Source: Eledone cirrhosa (Eukaryota). From it: a stretch of 64,000 nt of DNA. Below, one piece after another: positions 58,345 through 64,000 of this stretch. The stretch lies in the NCBI GenBank assembly GCA_964016885.1, contig OZ024753.1, positions 10,354,001-10,418,000 on the forward strand, in the 5' to 3' direction. A program made the position numbers and the translations under genes. Numbering within the stretch: the stretch's first letter is position 1; each line of letters opens with the position of its first letter. Under the pieces are notes generated by a model. That model made no database searches. It worked only from the letters and a program-made list of their open reading frames with translations, and had not been told where the DNA came from.

Positions 58345-58649
58345 GGTTAAAACTTTGAGTTTTAGTATTCTGACATATATATGTTTTAATCACAGATATT
58401 AATACAATGAAATTCCGTTATAAGGAAATTCAAGAGGTATAAAAAAAAATCGTTGTAACGAAAAATTCTTTATAACGAGATCGACCGAAACAAATTGAGC
58501 GTTTGTTTGTTATTACCACGGAGATTGAAAAAAATTCGTTATAATGGATTTCGTTATAACGGAATTTTACCTCTATATCATGTCATCAACTTCAAATTTC
58601 ATGTATAGTTTGGAAATTCTATTCTATCTTTTATAAAACGATTTTTTAA

Positions 58650-59333
58650 CCCTTTAGCATTCACATTATTTTATATGGGAACGATCGACTTTCGTCAAAT
58701 CGGACCGAGGGAACAATGTTTCCGTTGGTCTTTCCAATTGCTAATACTATCTATCGGTCGCAACTCCAGGTAGAAGGAGCAACGTGAAATAAAGTGTCTT
58801 GCTCAAGGACATAACACATCACCTGGTCCAGGAATCAAACTCACAACCTATTATTTTATATATACTATTATATTTTAAGGTTAAGGCTTTACCTCACATA
58901 ATTATCTCACACAATATCGAATCTATGAGATTTTGAAAGTATTTATTTTGAGAACAATACCTTAACATCAGTTTGAGCGACTAGTTACAGCCAGTTTCAA
59001 CAGAAAGAGGTAGAGAATTCTGGCCGGTTTTGGCCGGTTTGAACATTAAAGGGTTAACATCAGTATGAGTGACCAGTTACAGCCAGTTTCAACAGAAAGA
59101 GGTAGAGAATTCTGGCCGGTTTTGGCCGGTTTGAACATTAAAGGGTTAACTTCAGTAGGAGTGACTAGTTACAGCCAGTTTCAACAGAAAGAGGTAGAGA
59201 ATTCTGGCCGGTTTTGGCCGGTTTGAACATTAAAGGGTTAACATCAGTATGAGTGACCAGTTACAGCCAGTTTCAACAGAAAGAGGTAGAGAATTCTGGC
59301 CGGTTTTGGCCGGTTTGAACACTAAAGGGTTAA
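58650..59333. mobile_element. piggyBac-type MITE with SINE insert (58677-58849) and four copies of its terminal 92 bp
   Basis: TTAA|CCCTTTAGCATT start; CAGCCAGTTTCAAC at 58988, 59080, 59172, 59264. Confidence 0.85.
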
Positions 59334-60140
59334 AGGAACAAAATGTTCTTTACTATTTCATTAATTCTGATTCTACGGTAGAATACATGAGTTGGTTTCT
59401 CATTTATCAAGATAGCATCTCATGAGATATATGCATGCTTCACATACATTCATTTATACTGATACAAACATATATAAATCTCATTGGAAACTTACCCCAA
59501 CTCTCAGACATAGTAAAAATAATCTTTGACAAATTTACTTTTTTAGACATGTCAAAACTCAAACAAAAAAATACACAAAACAACCCAAAACACACACAAA
59601 ACACACACACATATACTCACCCCACACACATAATCACCCCACACACCTACTCGCCCCACTCACATAATCACCCCCGCACACATAATCACCCCCACACTCA
59701 TACTCATCCCCCACACACACACATACTCATCCCACACATATACTCACCCCACACACAAATTCATCCCACACATAATCACCCCACACACATACTCACCACA
59801 CACATATTCACCCCACACACATACTCATCCCACACACATACTCATCCCACACACATACTCATCCCACACACATAATCACCACACACACATACTCATCCCA
59901 CACACACTCACCCCACAAATCTACACTGAATGTCACAAGTAAAATTGATACATTTTATTTTCATTTAAGCCAGCCAGCCCATGGGAATTTAACAATCGAC
60001 ATCTTGGGAGAAAAGAAAAATGAATAAATGAATATATAAATATATAAATAAATAAATAATTAAACAAATGTTTTCTTCTTCGACAGTAATTGAAAAGTAA
60101 AATGGAAATGTGAGCCAAAATTATGGTCACACCTTGTCAT

Positions 60141-60920
60141 TTTCACATAACTTTTTTCTGATCACAAATTACCAACTGGATTTCCATTTAACTAATTCTT
60201 AACATCCTGAAAGAATTTAGCAGAAAATATCTCAAATGAGTTTGTTAATTCAAATGTTTAAAGTATCTCCTCTACCGGTCGGATGGTTGCGAAAATTTGC
60301 AGTATTTATTATAAAGACTTAAAATTTCATAACTTTTTCTGATCACAAATTACCAACTGGATTTCCATTTAACTAATTCTTAACATCCTGAAAGAATTTA
60401 GCAGAAAATATCTCAAATGAGTTTGTTAATTCAAATGTTTAAGGTATCTCCTCTACCGGTCGGATGGTTGCGAAAATTTGCAGCATTTATTATAAAGACC
60501 TAAAATTTCATAACTTTTTCTGATCACAAATTACCAACTGGATTTCTATTTAAAGTAATTCTTAACCCTTTAGCATTTAAACGTGCCGTATCCGACCAGA
60601 ATTCTTTCACCTCTTTCTGTTCAAACCAGCTGTAACCGGCCACTCATACTGATGTTAAGGTATTATTCTCAAAATAAATAATAACAAAATCTCATGGATT
60701 TGATATTATGTTAGATAATTATGTGAGATAAAGCCTTTACTGCGAAAATACAATAGTATATATAGAGTAATGTAAATGGTAAAGGGTTAACATCTTGAAA
60801 GAATTTAGCAAAAAATATTTTAAATGAGTTTGTTAATTCAAATGTTTATAGTATTTTTTCTACTGGTCGGGTGGTTGAGAAAATTTGCAGTATTTATTAT
60901 AAAGACTTAAAATTTCATCT
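60141..60920. repeat. 181-bp tandem triplication
   Basis: ATCACAAATTACC at 60161, 60342, 60523. Confidence 0.9.
60566..60786. mobile_element. piggyBac-type MITE
   Basis: TTAA duplication confirmed by empty sites in the neighbouring repeat units. Confidence 0.92.
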
Positions 60921-61259
60921 GATCCAATCATAGAGCTGTTATGACTTGTCTTGCAATACAATGTCTTGTATATGTGGTTTCGTGTGGTACAGAACGTGCA
61001 GAGTTAAACTCACCACAAATTGCAATGGCTTTATTCATAAAGTATTGCATCTCTTCCGTTAGATTCGTGAAATAATGTTCCATCATATCAAGTTAATTGC
61101 TGTCTGTGAAATATTGAACGATTCCTCTACTCAAATTTATCCCGAAGTCAATTATGGTGTCTGCTTTTTATAACTCTTAAAACAATTTCTTAATTTCCAA
61201 TAATTTCAGCTCAGTGTTCCATACAGGCATTTATTTTCTTGTCTTTTTTAACTTTTCTG

Positions 61260-61339
<80 letters not shown>

Positions 61340-61343
<4 letters not shown>

Positions 61344-61525
61344 TTTATCCCTTTTTTTCTCGCTAACTCCCCCCCCCCCTCACTCCTTCTCGGAGCCCCC
61401 CCCACTCTCCTGATGAAGAGCTTATGCCTGAAACGTCGCAACTCAACCCTCCACTCTCAATAAGCGTTAAACTAATACGATTTGTAACATGTACTCCTGC
61501 GTTGTCTGTTTTTTTTATTCCGAAC

Positions 61526-61526
<1 letters not shown>
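61340..61526 (+). mobile_element. Insert family I with minimal hammerhead-like core
   Basis: CTGATGAAGAGcttatgCCTGAAACGTC at about 61411-61437, between (TA)n tracts. Confidence 0.55.
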
Positions 61527-61558
<32 letters not shown>

Positions 61559-61599
61559 GTATATAAATATATATATGTATGTATATATATATATGTATG

Positions 61600-61630
<31 letters not shown>

Positions 61631-61693
61631 GTATATATATGTATATAAATATATATATGTATGTATATATATATATGTATGTATATATATATG

Positions 61694-61725
<32 letters not shown>

Positions 61726-61943
61726 AATATATATGTATGTATATATATATATGTATGTATATATATATATATATATGTATATATATAAATATATATATGT
61801 ATATATGAATATATATATGTATATATATATATATGTGTATATATAAATATATATATGTATATATATATATATGTATATATATATGTATATATATGTATAT
61901 ATATATATATGTATATATATGTATATATATATGTATATATATG

Positions 61944-61976
<33 letters not shown>

Positions 61977-61999
61977 GTATATATATGTATATATATATG

Positions 62000-62030
<31 letters not shown>

Positions 62031-62103
62031 GTATATATAAATATATATATGTATATATATATATATATGTATATATAAATATATATATGTATATATAAAT
62101 ATA

Positions 62104-62147
<44 letters not shown>

Positions 62148-62347
62148 AATATATATACACATATATACACATGTATAATATGTATATATAAATATATATA
62201 CATATATATACACACGTATAATATACATGTATATATATGTATATATATATATGTATATATATATATCGAACCTTTTTTCCCCTTTTCCATATAAAGCTTG
62301 AAACTAATAAGACATTTTTGTATCTCTGTTTTGTCGTTTCCTTGAAG

Positions 62348-62411
<64 letters not shown>

Positions 62412-62760
62412 TGTGTGTATCAGAACAACACGAAAGTTCTGTCGGATATTAATATGTATTTTGCTAATCAAAATGGTGACATTTATAGATATATTTAGTC
62501 ATCTGTGTAATCTCTATTACTTCCAATAACCTTATTCCATCTGTCAACAAGCTTATAAATGACAGATTTATAAAATGTCTTGGATTCTGATCTGAAATAT
62601 GAGACTAATTTATTTTTGAGATACTCTTTTGACGTTTGTCTCAGTCAATCAAGATAATTTTATAAATTCCCAAAGAAATGGTCATCAGAAGGAGAAATAT
62701 CTGGAAAATATAGTGCGAAACATTTTTTTTTTTTTTCACATCTGAGTTCCTTTAGAAATA

Positions 62761-63458
62761 CAGGGTTCCTCCGGAATTTGCGGTCCCGGTTATTTGCCGA
62801 ATTTTCCTTAGAAACCTAATTAATAATTGTTCGCGGAATCGTAAATATCTTCCGCGATTTATGATGTCTCTTTTCGTGTGGATTGGCAGTATCGGTAGAG
62901 GGTCGGACGCCATGCTTTCCAGCATAGTTACGTCCCTTTACGATCTGAGTTCAAATCCCGCCGAGGTTGACTTTGCCTTTCATCCTTACGGGGTCGATAA
63001 AATAAAGTACCAGTGATGCACTCTGGGTAATTGCTGGCCTTGTGCCTAAAGTAGAAACAAATATATATTTTTTCACGTTTTTTTTTAACGCTGAATTATT
63101 GCTAACAATATACCGTATTTGCTGGCCTATACTATACGTTATGTTTTGACGTTTATAGACATTTTTATGGACCAAGTCCGGAACTTCCCGAGAAACCTAA
63201 CTAATAATTGTTCGTGGAAACCACCGCATATTCGCGGAATCGTAGATATCTTCCGCGATTTTTTATGCCTTTTTTGTGGCAATATATATTTTATCACGCT
63301 CTTTAATGCTAAATTATTAATAACAATATACCATATTTGCCGGCCTATATTTTACGTTATGTTTTGATGTTTATAAGCATTTTTATGGACCTCGTTTGAT
63401 ATTCGCGGTTTTTCGCTCTTCGCGCGTTTTCTAGGAATGTAACCCCCGCGAATAACTG
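62761..63458. mobile_element. pogo/Tigger-like MITE with a nested Nin-like SINE (62881-63060) and internal duplication
   Basis: TA|CAGGG start, TTCGCGG motifs, duplicated AGAAACCTAA.TAATAATTGTTCG. Confidence 0.6.
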
Positions 63459-63606
63459 TGAACAAGTGTACTTGATTGTTCATGCCCCTTTAAAGAGCTT
63501 GATAAAAAAATTCGAAGTTATTGATAGTAAACCTCAGCTGTGATTGTTTATTGTTTAGCAATTAAAAATAGCATATTCCTTGCATTAATGGACTAGTCCT
63601 TGCAAA

Positions 63607-64000
63607 GGCAGCGAATTGGCAGAGTCGTTAGAACGTCGCATAGAATGCTTTACGGTATTCATTCCGGTTCTCTGCTCTCCGAGTTCAAATCCCACCGAGG
63701 TCAACACGTAAAACGAAAGCGTCAAAAATGCCTTTCAGCTCTCTGGTCTCTGATTTAAAGTCCCGTCATAGTCAACTTTGCCTTTCATCCATTCGTGGTC
63801 GATAAAAAAAGTACCAGTCTAGTACTGAGGTCGATTTTTTTTCCTCTATATCGTTTTCTCATTTCCTTTCTTTCACATTTCCTCTCTTTCACTTTCTTTC
63901 TTTCTCTGTACTCAGTCCTGGAGAGGGATGGGATCCGCCGAGCTTAAAATGCCCAAGAAACGCCCTATGTCAATACGGCGTCCCTACGACTCTATCCGGA
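63607..64000 (+). mobile_element. Long-tail Nin-like SINE
   Basis: GGCAGCGAATTGGCAGAGTCG head, GAGTTCAAATCC, domain, tail as at 13305. Confidence 0.8.

Overview
AT-rich animal genomic DNA saturated with (TA)n/(CA)n/(ACT)n microsatellites. The mix of CORE- and Nin-type tRNA SINEs and RTE LINEs suggests a cephalopod such as Octopus (inference). Nearly all ORFs in the supplied track are microsatellite artefacts. The only host coding exon I can support is on the minus strand (24881-25069): the signal-peptide exon of a type-B carboxylesterase-fold protein (neuroligin/cholinesterase-like). No second exon is visible, so 1-24880 is probably intron. Ordinary TE debris includes RTE, CR1-group and Tx1/L1-like LINE fragments, two SINE groups, hAT, piggyBac and pogo-like MITEs, Helitron pieces and several TE-derived satellites. 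The main unexplained structure is about ten unrelated families of short non-coding inserts sitting inside (TA)n tracts. They carry whole or 3'-half type I hammerhead ribozyme motifs (CUGANGA...GAAA...NUH) and usually occur as asymmetric fold-backs that pivot in or near ribozyme stem II. This architecture fits Penelope-like pseudo-LTR remnants or retrozyme-like elements. All structures and coordinates were read by eye; repeat boundaries are approximate.
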